Both the position numbers and the translations under genes were made by a program. This document shows, piece by piece, positions 14,668-25,637 of a stretch of DNA of 64,000 nucleotides; within the stretch, counting starts at the first letter, position 1, and every line of letters starts with the position of its first letter. Source of the stretch: Dendrobates tinctorius. Its lineage: Eukaryota. The stretch covers positions 16,740,001 through 16,804,000 of the forward strand of contig NW_027361899.1 in NCBI RefSeq assembly GCF_039654945.1. Reading direction: 5' to 3'. The notes below the pieces were generated by a model, which had not been told where the DNA came from, made no database searches, and was given only the letters and a program-made list of their open reading frames with translations.

Positions 14668-17288
14668 CAGGCATTACGGCCCTGACTGGCGCATGGGGCC
14701 CGGTGGGCAGAGGGGGCCCAGTCTTTTCTGCTCACCGGGCCCCTACCCGCAGGTAAACCGGGCCCTTAGTGCAGTGCTGCGGGAGGCAGCTAAACGCTAT
14801 CGACATGCGGGCCCACCGGCCCGCACATCAATAGCTAACAGCCGCCAGCCAATCGGAGGCTGGCAGCTGACGTCAACCGTAGCACGCACCTCGCCAGCGT
14901 CTGATGTCAGTGTCAGTCGCCGGCTAGAGCGCGCTTCAGCAGCTTGGAGGGACAGATCCTCGCAAGCCGCTGGAGCGCGGCCAGATAAGAATAACTTGTT
15001 TGTTGCTTTTTTTTTTACAGCGGCGATACGAGGGGCCGGGGGCAGAATGCTGGAGACTGGGGCAGAATGCTGGAGACTGGGGCAGAATGCTGGAGACTGG
15101 GGCAGAATGCTGGAGACTGGGGCAGAATGCTGAACATGCAGCAGAATGCTGGAGACTGGAGCAGAATGCTGGACAACGGGGGCAGAATGCTGGACAACGG
15201 GGGCAGAATGCTGGACAACGGGGGCAGAATGCTGGACAACGGGGGCAGAATGCTGGACAACGGGGGCAGAATGCTGGACAACGGGGGCAGAATGCTGGAC
15301 AACGGGGGCAGAATGCAGATTGTTATGAATGAGTCACCGTAGGAGGCAAAAACAGAAATGCTAGCTAAGTCCAGAAAACCAGAGAAGTTGGTAGCTATCG
15401 GATTGCAGACCCCTGAACCTATCAACACAACTAGCAGTAGCCGTGGGGGGTTCCTACGATGCTCTAGACCCCTCGATCACAGCCGGAGGACTATATAGCC
15501 TAAAGACAGAAAGGGAAATCTAAACTGCCCCAGAGCAGACTCCAAAGCAAAAGGCAGCCCCCAACATATAATGACGGTGAAGCAAGAAGAAAGAACACTA
15601 ACACAGACAGAAAGATAGACTGAGCAAAGACGGGGCCCAAGCTAACTAGATAGGAAAGGACAGGAAGGCTGCTGTCTGAAATCCGTGAAAAACCCTATGA
15701 AAAAAAGAGCCAACAGACTGACAGTGAAAAAGGCCTTGAAGACGCTAGGCTTCAAAAAGACTATGTCAGTATTCAGGAATATTCTGAAGACAGAGCAACA
15801 GGCAAAAGGAGATTCAGCTCACCCCAGCAGGGAATGGCAGAATCCAGAAAAGCAAGGCAAACAAAAACAAAACACAAATGCTAAAAGGCAAAGCAGAAAA
15901 CTTAGCTTTAGAGGAGCAGGAATCAGACTGGTCTCCTAGAAGTCCACACAGAAATCACCCGCAGGGCAGAAGGGCGTCGGCAGCCTTGTATCCAGTCCGT
16001 GACTCCACTCAGCCAGTCATCATCATTAGGCTCAGGTGCCTGATAATCAGGCTCATTACCTTCCTTTACCAGAATAGGGAGTTCACCAGACCTCAGTGAC
16101 GAAGGGGAAAATGAACTCACAACAGGAGATTTCGGGAATGATTGGAGACAAATGGGGCAGGGTTGGATACAGATGGGGCAGGGTTGGAGACAGATAGCAC
16201 AGGATCATGGGGCAGGATGGTTATGATGGAGATCATATGGGGAAGAAAGGATACTCATGAGGGCGGGATGGGAGAACATATGGCTAAAGCCAGGAATGAG
16301 ACGGATGGGGGATATTATTACCCCCAGGGGCTAAATAAGGGATATTATTACCGCAGTGATGTATTTAATTTTTTGAGGCTACTGTTTTAAATGGGGGGGC
16401 CGTCCTGTTACTGTGCACAGGGACACTATGTCGCCTTTTTTTCTTCATGTGGTGTAATGTAGAAGCTGGGAAAAAATAAGTAATGTGTTCTGCAAGCGGA
16501 GCTCTAGGTAACTGTGTTATTTCCTGCAGAGATGAGCCCTGGCTGGAAGAAGTGATGGCGGTCTGTGCTGGATGAATGAAAAGCAAGGATGAATGACTTC
16601 ACCTAGAGACATCACTGGTGAGTTAGTGTGTTACCTATACACTGACACTATGCATTGTATACTATATACAGAGGTCCTGTGTATAATGTCACTAGTGATC
16701 ACTGTTTTACCTATACATTATATACAGAGCTCCTGTGTATAATGTCATTGATCACTGTATTACCTGTACACAGACACTGCATACTAAATACAAATCTCTT
16801 GTGTATAATGCCACTTACAGTGATAGTAAGTTTTTTTTTTATTAATGATCAGCATTGCAGTATTCAGTCACCATGTGGTGGTAATATGTGGTCTGGGCAT
16901 GGTGCGGTGGTATTTGTTCCTTGTATGTGATATTATTCGGACACTATGGTAGTAATATGTGGTCTGGTCTTGGTGTAGCGGTATTTGTTTCTTGTATGTG
17001 ATATCATTGGTCATTTTAAAAATTGAAAAATAAAAAATATACCTAAAGTGTATTGCATATTTTAACAAATATTTAATAGGTTACAGTAGAGTAGAGCCCG
17101 GCTTAAAAAAATTCTTTTGTCCAAAGCAAAAGCTGCCGGCTATATGTGTGATCTGGTGATGGGAACTGTTAATGTGTGATAGGGGACTGTGGACAGTTTG
17201 AGGGGTGGAGGCGGGGCTGGGTGGAGTCTCAAGGGGGCCCCAAACATTTTGCCAGTATGGGGCCCCAAAATTCCTAGTAGCAGCCCTG
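14668..17288 (+). mobile_element. Non-autonomous hAT-type element, left arm of the composite (5' TIR partly deleted)
   Basis: Colinear with 25638-27984. Ends ...tagtagcagccctg. Contains a 20/21-bp tandem array (15040-15317) and a solo LTR. Confidence 0.8.
15321..16124. mobile_element. Solo LTR inserted in the left arm
   Basis: Termini TGTTATGA...TCACAACA; flanks GCAGAT/GGAGAT. The empty site gcagaatGGAGATaagggg is visible in the right arm at about 26045-26063. Confidence 0.75.
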
Positions 17289-19880
17289 GCTCAGCTTCTC
17301 CAGAGCCATTGTTCCAGTCTGTATAAGGTCTGTGCTAAGTCTATTCCACATATGGTCTTCAGTGTATCCTCATCACATTCCAAGGATTCCAGGGCATAGT
17401 TCCAGCATATAGACGCCATCTTGCCACACCACGTCTGAACTAGCTTATGTTAGGTTAATAATTGATTTCATTAGCCATTCTCTCCTTCACAGTACAGCAA
17501 TAAGTTGTAATGTCAAGTCAGGCCCATATACATTTGGACCTCATGAACCAACAACTCCCAATATGTCTTAAACAATGATAAGGAGATGCTGGGAGTGGTT
17601 GTTATCAGTCATTATCAGACTGTGGACCATGCAGCAACCACAATACTGATGAAACGCAGGAAGTATCATATGTAAACGTTTACATCCAGGTACCTAATAG
17701 GAGACATCTTCTCCGAGTGGTTTCTTTCTTCTTATTTCCATCTTGACCAGATGCCATGATGACTTTTCACATCCACAGCTGTTCCCTGCAGACTTATCTC
17801 TTCTCCAATCTTCTGGAGCACATCCCCACATGGTGCCCTTAAAAATCAAAGTGTTACTAGAGTGCCTTCTGCATAAAAAATATCTGTCCATACTATGTCC
17901 TAAATACTGTAAGCCCCCTATGGTGTATGGCCTCTACACTGTCTGCCTTACTAATCCACAACCACATTACTGTCTGCCATTATCAGCTACAGTATAACTG
18001 CCACAATGTCCGTCATTAGGAACCACGGCCTATACCATGGCTGTCCTCTCTGTGTTCCCTTTTACTCTCTATATCTCCATACCGTCCCCGCTATGCTAAC
18101 CTTTCTCCATACTATGCACCCATTTCACGCTGTCCCCATTCCATATCCATTTTGTGCCCTCTCTTCACACTATGCCATCATACTGCCCACCATTTTGTCC
18201 TCTCCAAACTACACAGCATGATGGTCACCACAGCCACCAACAGTCTATACATAAAAGATTCCAAATATACACTATGATGTCAACCACAGCCTCCTATGCA
18301 GTACAATATAGACCACAGCCCCCGTTATATAGTATAGTCACCAGCACAGCCCTTAAAATACAGCATAATGCCCCCAACAGCCTCCCATATAATATGATGT
18401 CCCCACAGCCCCTCTTGTTATGTCCCCACAGCCCCTCTTGTAATGTCCCCACAAGCAACCCATCATAATGTCCTCACAGCCAGGACCTCATAATATCAAC
18501 AAATCCACAGTATAAGTCACCGCCTCATAGTTTTCCATATAGTATAATGCACCCAATAGTCCTCCATGTAATATAATGGATCCCATAGTCCTACATACAG
18601 TATAATGCACTGCCTATAGTCGTCCATATAGTATAATGCACCCCTGTAGTTCTCCATACAGTATTCTGGCCACCATAAAGTTCTCACTGATTAAAAAAAT
18701 AAATAAATACTAATTTCTCCTCCTCATTCGCCCACTGCTGTGGTCTCTGCAGTGAACTCTCTTTTAATCAATACAATCAGACCAGACTTATTATTATCAG
18801 ACTTAATATTATTCCAAGATCAGTATATCTTGGAATAATAATAAGTTCTAGAATTGGATGCATTTAAAAAAAAAACTCCCTGTGCTGAGATAATCTTATA
18901 AATGTGCCCCTGCTGTGTACTGTGTAATAGCTGTGTCTGTGTGCAGGAACATGGTCTGATCACACCACAGCTCCTGGGCAGAGGAGGAAGTAAAAGAGTA
19001 TACAGACAGTACAGCACAGGATCACAGCTGATTCTGTGAGATAAAGCATTTCCCTGCCTATCAAAGAAAAAATTTGCGATCCAGGGCGGCGCCATTTTGG
19101 TGGAGGACATTTTTTTCTTCTCTAGCAAGATGACGCCACCTGCGCAACAGTAGCTATTGGATCTCTATACAAACCGATAGCTGCTACTGCGCAGGCACCC
19201 CGGGCGCCATTTTCAAAATGGCTTTCTTTTTTTTTCCCTCGCTCAAGTATATCTGTAAAAGGGATTAAGTTCACAGTAACCATGCGATTATGCTGCAGCT
19301 CATTCATTATGCAAACTAGGGGGCAGGGCAGTGAGAGATCAGTGAGGGGGTCTGTAGTCTGCATTATGATCATCTAATCGGAGCACCGCATACAAGAACC
19401 CCGCCTTAGGGCACGAGAATCTCATTAATACGAAACTGAAAATAAAGATTAAGAAAAAGCCACAAGACGGATTTCATCAACCAAAGTATCATCTTATTCA
19501 GTATAACAGCACCGACCTGACATTGCCTGTAGGTCACTATGCACAATCCTGCTGACAGGTTCTCTTTAGGTGGGCGGCTTTATATAACAAGAGCGGATTT
19601 CGTTAGGAAATGGATAAGGAAAAAACAGAGTATTACAGAATAGAAGAAATTACTAACGAGAGTTATAAAATATGACGGTGTGGTTTTGCTCCTCAGAGAA
19701 TTTTGAAAATTGTGGAAACAATTGGGAATAAAATGTAGTGGAAGAACATTAAAACTCGGGGGAGCGATAATCAACAGCTTAAACATTACTGGGGGTCTCT
19801 ATTTTTAAATGTTTGTTTATGTGGGGGTTTTTATTATTTTTTTCTGAAAAATTTAAAAAAGGTTGGGAGTGAAGGAATTA

Positions 19881-20059
19881 GGCCGGGGTCACGCGCGAGT
19901 CTCTCGCCTCAATACCCGGCACTGCCGCCGGCGGCTCGGAGCAGAGAGTTCAGTTGCAAAGAAATACATGCAGCCGCACACTCCGGTCCCGAGTGCCAGC
20001 AGTATTGCCTTGCAGTGAGGCGAGTTTCTCGCATTGCACTCACAAGTGTGACCCCGGCC
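19881..20059. mobile_element. Short PIF/Harbinger-type MITE about 230 bp upstream of the GCNA-like ATG
   Basis: TTA-GGCCGGGGTCAC...GTGACCCCGGCC-TTA. Confidence 0.85.
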
Positions 20060-20285
20060 TTAGGAAGATTGTTGTTTTTAATTGATTTCCTCTTTATGTA
20101 TTGGTACTGTATGTTTTGTACAATTAAATAAAGTTGTAAAATTCAAAAAATGAGCAAACAATTACAGCATTCTAATGATGTCAGAATGGGCTGGAGGCTA
20201 TAGAATGCCGCGTCACCCAGGGTTCCGTTGAGGGTTTTAGTAGGCGTTTGTGGAGAGAGGAGTGTTGTGAGCGACTTGTGCAAAT

Positions 20286-23200
20286 ATGATGCCAAGAAAG
20301 CGATTTAAGAGTATTATAGTTCTCTGTGATACCGAGGACAGCAGTGATAATGACGATTTACATCAGGTGAGCATCATTTTATATTCTTAAATAAATAAAA
20401 TATATTTCGGATAAAGGTTCAAGAAAAAGATGGTGGGACAGAAAATATAGCTCCAAGTAGATGAGGAGATAACTCGGATCATGTCTGCAGAGTAAAGACT
20501 GCCCTCACTTGTAATATTTGTGACAATATGTCCATGTACTGGATGCATAATATTCTATGAAGACACAAATGTCACCACCGCCCCTATCCATATCCCAACC
20601 ATATGTGCCCCATACCCCCGTTATACTCTGTACGTGGAATAAGCACAATGGAGACCACACTCATATCGCTGCCCACCTGTAATCAGTGGAATATGGAGTA
20701 AGATTATAGATTGGAGATGTTCATGGTTATAGATTCTGATGTGTTTGTCATTTTTTTCAGTCTCATCGAAGAAAGAGGCCAATTCAGAGGTCTTCAGGCC
20801 AAGATAACACCACTGGCTTCAATTCGGGCCCGACTCCGAATTTACCAGGTACTGTAACCCTAATCTAGTAAAGACTCTGATGTATTAATAAGCCATTGTA
20901 GTCACCGGGTGCAGATCACGTGCACATTGTGGTCAGGGCTTGGATTTATCTTTATTATTCGTCTGTGGTAGAGTTTATATCAAACATTTCTGTTCAGCAT
21001 TTGGTCAGGAATATTCATGCAGGCGTTATATAGTCAGAACAGACATGGGATTTGGGGATTGCTTCTCATGGTGGCCATGTACAGGGCAGATTACTTTTGA
21101 TATTGAGCCTCAGTCTTTGCTATTACAATAGTCTAATAAGATATTTATGTTGTGTTGCCCCCACAGATCTGATTTTACCAACTTCAGATGATCCGGACAG
21201 TTCCAACTGGTAAGACTTACATCTCCTCCATTACTACAGTAGATACATGATGGGGATTAATGGCTAATGATGGCTCATAGTCTGTTACATTCATTTCACA
21301 GCTCCGATGACATCATTATTGATGATGACGATTCCAATAGAGCAGCAACTTCCATGTATAATAGTAAGTTATCATTTCTAGACAATCAAGGTTTATGTTA
21401 TTGTAGAAATAACAATGAATTTTCTGTACTGTCATGGGTCAGTTTCCAAATATAACAATTACAAGGGCGCTGATCAGGAGTTGGAACAGCGAGCCACCTG
21501 GGAAATGTGCTGTAAATGCCACTGTCAGAGAATGACAGCAGCATTTAACAGGTTAACAGAAGCAGGCAGCGCTCCAATCCACTCTCGGCTGTCAGAGGCA
21601 GATGATGACTGAATGACACGACCATCATCTGCCAAGAAAGAGGCGGGCTCAACTCCTGACCTCTCCCTTTATTCTCTACTGATAAGTGTCATACATGGTT
21701 GTTAAGGGGTTAAATTAAAGATACCTTACAGAGGTAATCCTATTTTACGCATGCTTGAGTTGTGTGGATCCTGTGTCTCGGATATTTCCACATTGGGAGA
21801 ACAAGTCACCGCCATGTTGACTTATGGCCATTGTTGTCCCTAGAGAATTTATTACAGATGTGCAACACATTTGCTTGTGTCTTTTCGGAAATCCAACAGA
21901 CATCAATGGACAAAGCCCTGCAGCAAGGAATCCCACATCTCCATTAAAACCAATGGAGGCTACCATGAATCAGCAAATGAGGTGATAGGACCTCTAGTCT
22001 TATTTTATATGAAGCCCTCGGAGAATGGACCCCTACCATTTGAGAGTCCACCCTCCGGCCATTGAGGACATGTTCACTTCTGATCTTGTACTGAGCACAT
22101 ACAACATTAATAAGGATAGATTAGCTGAGCAACAGGTGGGATACACATCTGGGAAAGTTTATGGACCCTGTTGTTGCTGAACCCCATTATAATTTCAGAT
22201 CCTGATCCCAATGGAAGATCCTGTGGATTTCTGGTGGTCTGGTCAACTATGTGTTCTGCTCTGGTCGGATCCCATATTCATAGTTTTATTAGTCCTCTAC
22301 ACTCTATATTTATAGACCCCTCTCTAGTACGGGCCTGCATACTAACATGTCTGATTTGAGCCTTATAAAAAGTATTTTCACTCTTTCATATTTCTGTACA
22401 GATAATTTACCGTCTGATAGCGAGGAGAGCTCCGCTACAGAGGAGAGGTAAGTTAGGCCAGATCCATCTAACTCTATATAAAGCCATGAACTAGGCAGGA
22501 TGTTTCCTGTGGATTTATATATGATTCCCTATCTTTTCCAGGACACCACGATGTAACATCCCCGGCTGTCTCCTGGAAGAAATTATTTCTCCTACTTCCA
22601 TCTATGTTACCCACTTCCAGGAAAATAAGGAGGAGCTGGTGGAGCGACTGTACAACTGGTACAACCGGACAGTCTTCGACAATAAGGTATCACATCTTAT
22701 CATGGGTTTCTGGGTGATACATGACTTCTCCATTATCTCCCCTTTAAACAATAAATTCCAAGAAAAATGGCTCTATCTTTCTGAAAGGCAGATTCCTAAC
22801 CCCATTGTCATGTTTCTGTAATATAGTTATTGAACATCTCAGGTAAAACTCACTTAGTTTGGTAAATGCCGTCACCCTCTTCCTATCTGTGGGACAAGAG
22901 GAAACCTTAGATGATCCACCATTGCAGAGACAAAAAAGATTAGCAACTTTTGGCTTGAAGTTCAAAGGATTTTTACATTTATTTATAAAAAACATTTAGT
23001 TGATATTTGGACATTTTAGAATAAGTTTATTTTTATTTTTGTTCTCACATCTTGGACTTCTCGGTAGACCCCATGCCCCATACAAGTAGGCCAGTGCTGT
23101 AAATCACACATAAGAGTTGGGCACTTTGTAAGATCGGGGTCAAAGAGTTTCTAGATGTAACGGAATTTGTTTTCTTTATTTTAGCTCCCTTTGAAAATGG

Positions 23201-24443
23201 CCATTTTGTGGAACAAGAGGCTGAGAAAAACATCCGGCCGATGCTGGAATAACTTGTACAAAAACCGCCGTTTCTCATATATTGAGCTTTCCGAAAAAGT
23301 CTGCGATTCTGCCGGTAGGTTTCACATCACATCCATCCTACAGCTTCATAAGACAACCTGTATACAGGGCAAAAAAACTGCTACTTGTTATGTAGAACAT
23401 CTTATAAACTCATTGTACATACTGTCATAAGAAAAACTAAGTACACCCTCTTTGAATTCTAATATTTTACATATTAGGAGAAAATTAAAAAAAAAAGTAT
23501 CAGCTCCATAGAAAGTCCTAAAAGTAGGGAAATACAATCTCAGAAAACATGAAAAAATAAAATATTGCATCATTATTTAACAAAAAGTAGGCCAAAAGGC
23601 AAAAACGGTGTGTGATTAAGTACACCATTGATGCAACTTCAAGTTATTGCTGCTAAAGAGGTTTCTAAAAGCTATTGATTCATGGGGTGTACTTATTTTT
23701 CCACTCTCTGCTTCTGCATTTTGAAGTAGTATTCAGTAAATAAATAACGGCGCGGTTGACTTGTCACGTGTTGTTCATCTCCAGAAGTAGTTTGTATTTT
23801 GTCCTGCTATGTAAAACCCAATAGTTCAATCAGGGTGTACTCAGATTTTCTCATAACTGTATAAACTCTTGTTTTAGAGCGAGTAAGATCCGCACTTGCG
23901 CACGAGCTGTGCCATGCCGCCTGTTGGCTAATCGCCGGTGAACAAAGAGACAACCATGGCCCGTTATGGCAGGCTGTCACAAGAAGGGTAAATCTTATCC
24001 ATCACGAGCTGCCAAAAGTGACACGATATCACAAATATACCATCAACTACAACTACAAGTACAAATGCGACCTGTGTGGTGAAGAGTAAGTGGATTTTAT
24101 ATGACTCATCTCCTCCGTACACACAATCACTGCGGAGAGACGTCTGTGCGGTTCTGTTGGTGGAATGCTTTCATACTTTACTACTATCAGAGCGGACTGA
24201 CGTCTGGGGGCTGTAGGGTTTAGGATGCTACGTGTTATATTTTCTGTGCTGGGCCAGTTCTTAATATATTGATTTCAATTTGTTCTTTTTAATATAATCC
24301 ATGGTATTAATGAACGTTCATTCCAGTCCAGTAACCAATATCCCTCTTATCTTTGCAGAATTGGGCGATTTAGACCAATACCTGACAATAAACGTAAATG
24401 CCGCCGGTGCAGAGGTCGAATGCGTCAACTACCCATCAGCTAA
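20286..24443 (+). CDS. gcna-like: GCNA/ACRC-like SprT-family zinc metalloprotease, 295 aa, 9 coding exons, nested antisense in galnt14 intron 1
   Basis: Exons 20286-20366, 20761-20848, 21167-21209, 21302-21363, 22402-22447, 22542-22686, 23185-23314, 23878-24085 and 24359-24443. All introns are GT-AG and phases are consistent (888 nt, no internal stop). Protein: MMPRKRFKSIIVLCDTEDSSDNDDLHQSHRRKRPIQRSSGQDNTTGFNSGPTPNLPDLILPTSDDPDSSNCSDDIIIDDDDSNRAATSMYNNNLPSDSEESSATEERTPRCNIPGCLLEEIISPTSIYVTHFQENKEELVERLYNWYNRTVFDNKLPLKMAILWNKRLRKTSGRCWNNLYKNRRFSYIELSEKVCDSAERVRSALAHELCHAACWLIAGEQRDNHGPLWQAVTRRVNLIHHELPKVTRYHKYTINYNYKYKCDLCGEEIGRFRPIPDNKRKCRRCRGRMRQLPIS. CxIPGC, WNxR, IELSxKVCDSA, HExxH...HG and CxxC...CxxC are GCNA SprT hallmarks. 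The five small N-terminal exons are less certain than the domain exons. Confidence 0.88.
22542..22686 (+). CDS. GCNA-like exon 6 (start of the SprT region)
   Basis: ttttccag acceptor, gtatc donor; encodes TPRCNIPGCLLEE...NKEELVERLYNWYNRTVFDNK. Confidence 0.9.
23185..23314 (+). CDS. GCNA-like exon 7
   Basis: ttttag acceptor, gtagg donor; encodes LPLKMAILWNKRLRKTSGRC...IELSEKVCDSA. Confidence 0.9.
23422..23859. mobile_element. Old non-autonomous Tc1-like element in GCNA-like intron 7
   Basis: Inverted termini TA-CTGTCATAAGAAAAACTAAGTACACCC / GGGTGTACTCAGATTTTCTCATAACTG-TA. Confidence 0.65.
23878..24085 (+). CDS. GCNA-like exon 8 with the catalytic HExxH (HELCH at 23901-23915)
   Basis: gttttag acceptor, gtaag donor; encodes RVRSALAHELCHAACW...NHGPLW...YKCDLC. 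Confidence 0.92.
24359..24443 (+). CDS. GCNA-like last coding exon (second CxxC, stop TAA at 24441-24443)
   Basis: ctttgcag acceptor; encodes IGRFRPIPDNKRKCRRCRGRMRQLPIS*. Confidence 0.85.
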
Positions 24444-24743
24444 ACATGTAACTATTCTTCAGAATATTTAGCCTCTAATTTGGTTTCTTTAGAATGTAAA
24501 GTCGAGACACTTTTCTATATTTTCCCCTGAGTAACGAGACAATGGATATCTGTGTCCATCACCAGCAATTAGCAGCAAAGATCCAGAATCCGTCCTCATA
24601 GGTCACCAGATAAACCCTGGCTACATTTCCCAGAACTTGCTGGCTATGGAATGATTGACAATTCCCAGCAATTATAGAAGAAATGCAATATAGTTTTTAT
24701 TACTGTATTTATTTGTTCTAATGATTATTTTTTCTTGCTGCAG

Positions 24744-25333
24744 AATTTTTTAAATTCTGGTTGAGAATGATGAAAGTTATCAGCCTACTGCTGCGGAAGA
24801 ATCGCCAACACACAATCTGACGGGCGAGATGAGTCCCTCTGACATTACATGCCGTATAGATCTATTGTGAGTGCTCTCACCATAGCCGTCTGGTTCATGT
24901 CGCATTTTTCTAACATTGCACTATTATTGGCAACGTCCTATTTTCAATTTCCATATTGGCCTTCCTTGTAGACAATATATAATGCAATATTTCACGTCTA
25001 TTTCAACTTCAGCCGATGACCAGAAATATAATGCTGAAGTTGCCTTCTCTGAGTTGGTTTCTTTTGATCACCAGTATATTTTGTCAAGCTTTTTAAAAAC
25101 ATCTTTCAATTGTTTTCAGGTTAATGAGAAAGGCGACTTATCGCTTCTATACAGGCATGACCCATCTTGGAAGAAAAAGCTGAATACCTGCACCGACCTG
25201 CGCTGAGAACATGATCAGATGCAGTTTCCAAGACCTGGAGAATCTCTACAAGTGCTGGACATTTCAACTTCAATAGTCATAAAGAGTTTTTTTTTTTTCT
25301 AATTTTTCTAAGTTAGATATAAATACCAATAAA
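24744..25333 (+). other. Putative 3' UTR exons of the GCNA-like gene (24744-24866 and 25120 to about 25350) with polyA signal
   Basis: Donor gtaact 4 nt after the stop; acceptor tttttcttgctgcag; donor gtgagt at 24867; acceptor tgttttcag at 25119; AATAAA at 25328-25333. Confidence 0.55.
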
Positions 25334-25637
25334 AATGAATATATTAATTCTTTCTAATTTTGGATTTTTGTTCTGCAAAACGATGGCTGTTGATAAACTT
25401 ATTACAATCAATGAAACACAGAGAAACACAGTACAACAAACGTGCAAAAAATACTCTGTTGTAAAATAATAGATATATCAGTAAACAGCAAGTGCTAGTA
25501 AAGAGATGACAAGAAAAAAGGGCATTTAGTTGATACGTTTTTTGCAAAAAATGTATACTAAGTCGCTCTACCAAACGTCAAGCTATAGCCATCAGAGCAG
25601 TCCCTAACCTGATGTATTTAAAACCTGACCATGTGAA

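Noticed and set aside
17645-17670. Hammerhead ribozyme core (CTGATGA...GAAA)
   Set aside because: There is no stem II between the motifs, and I could not find flanking helices.
24744-25206. Possible HMG-box exons completing a canonical GCNA
   Set aside because: They lie after the in-frame TAA, and no frame resembles an HMG box.
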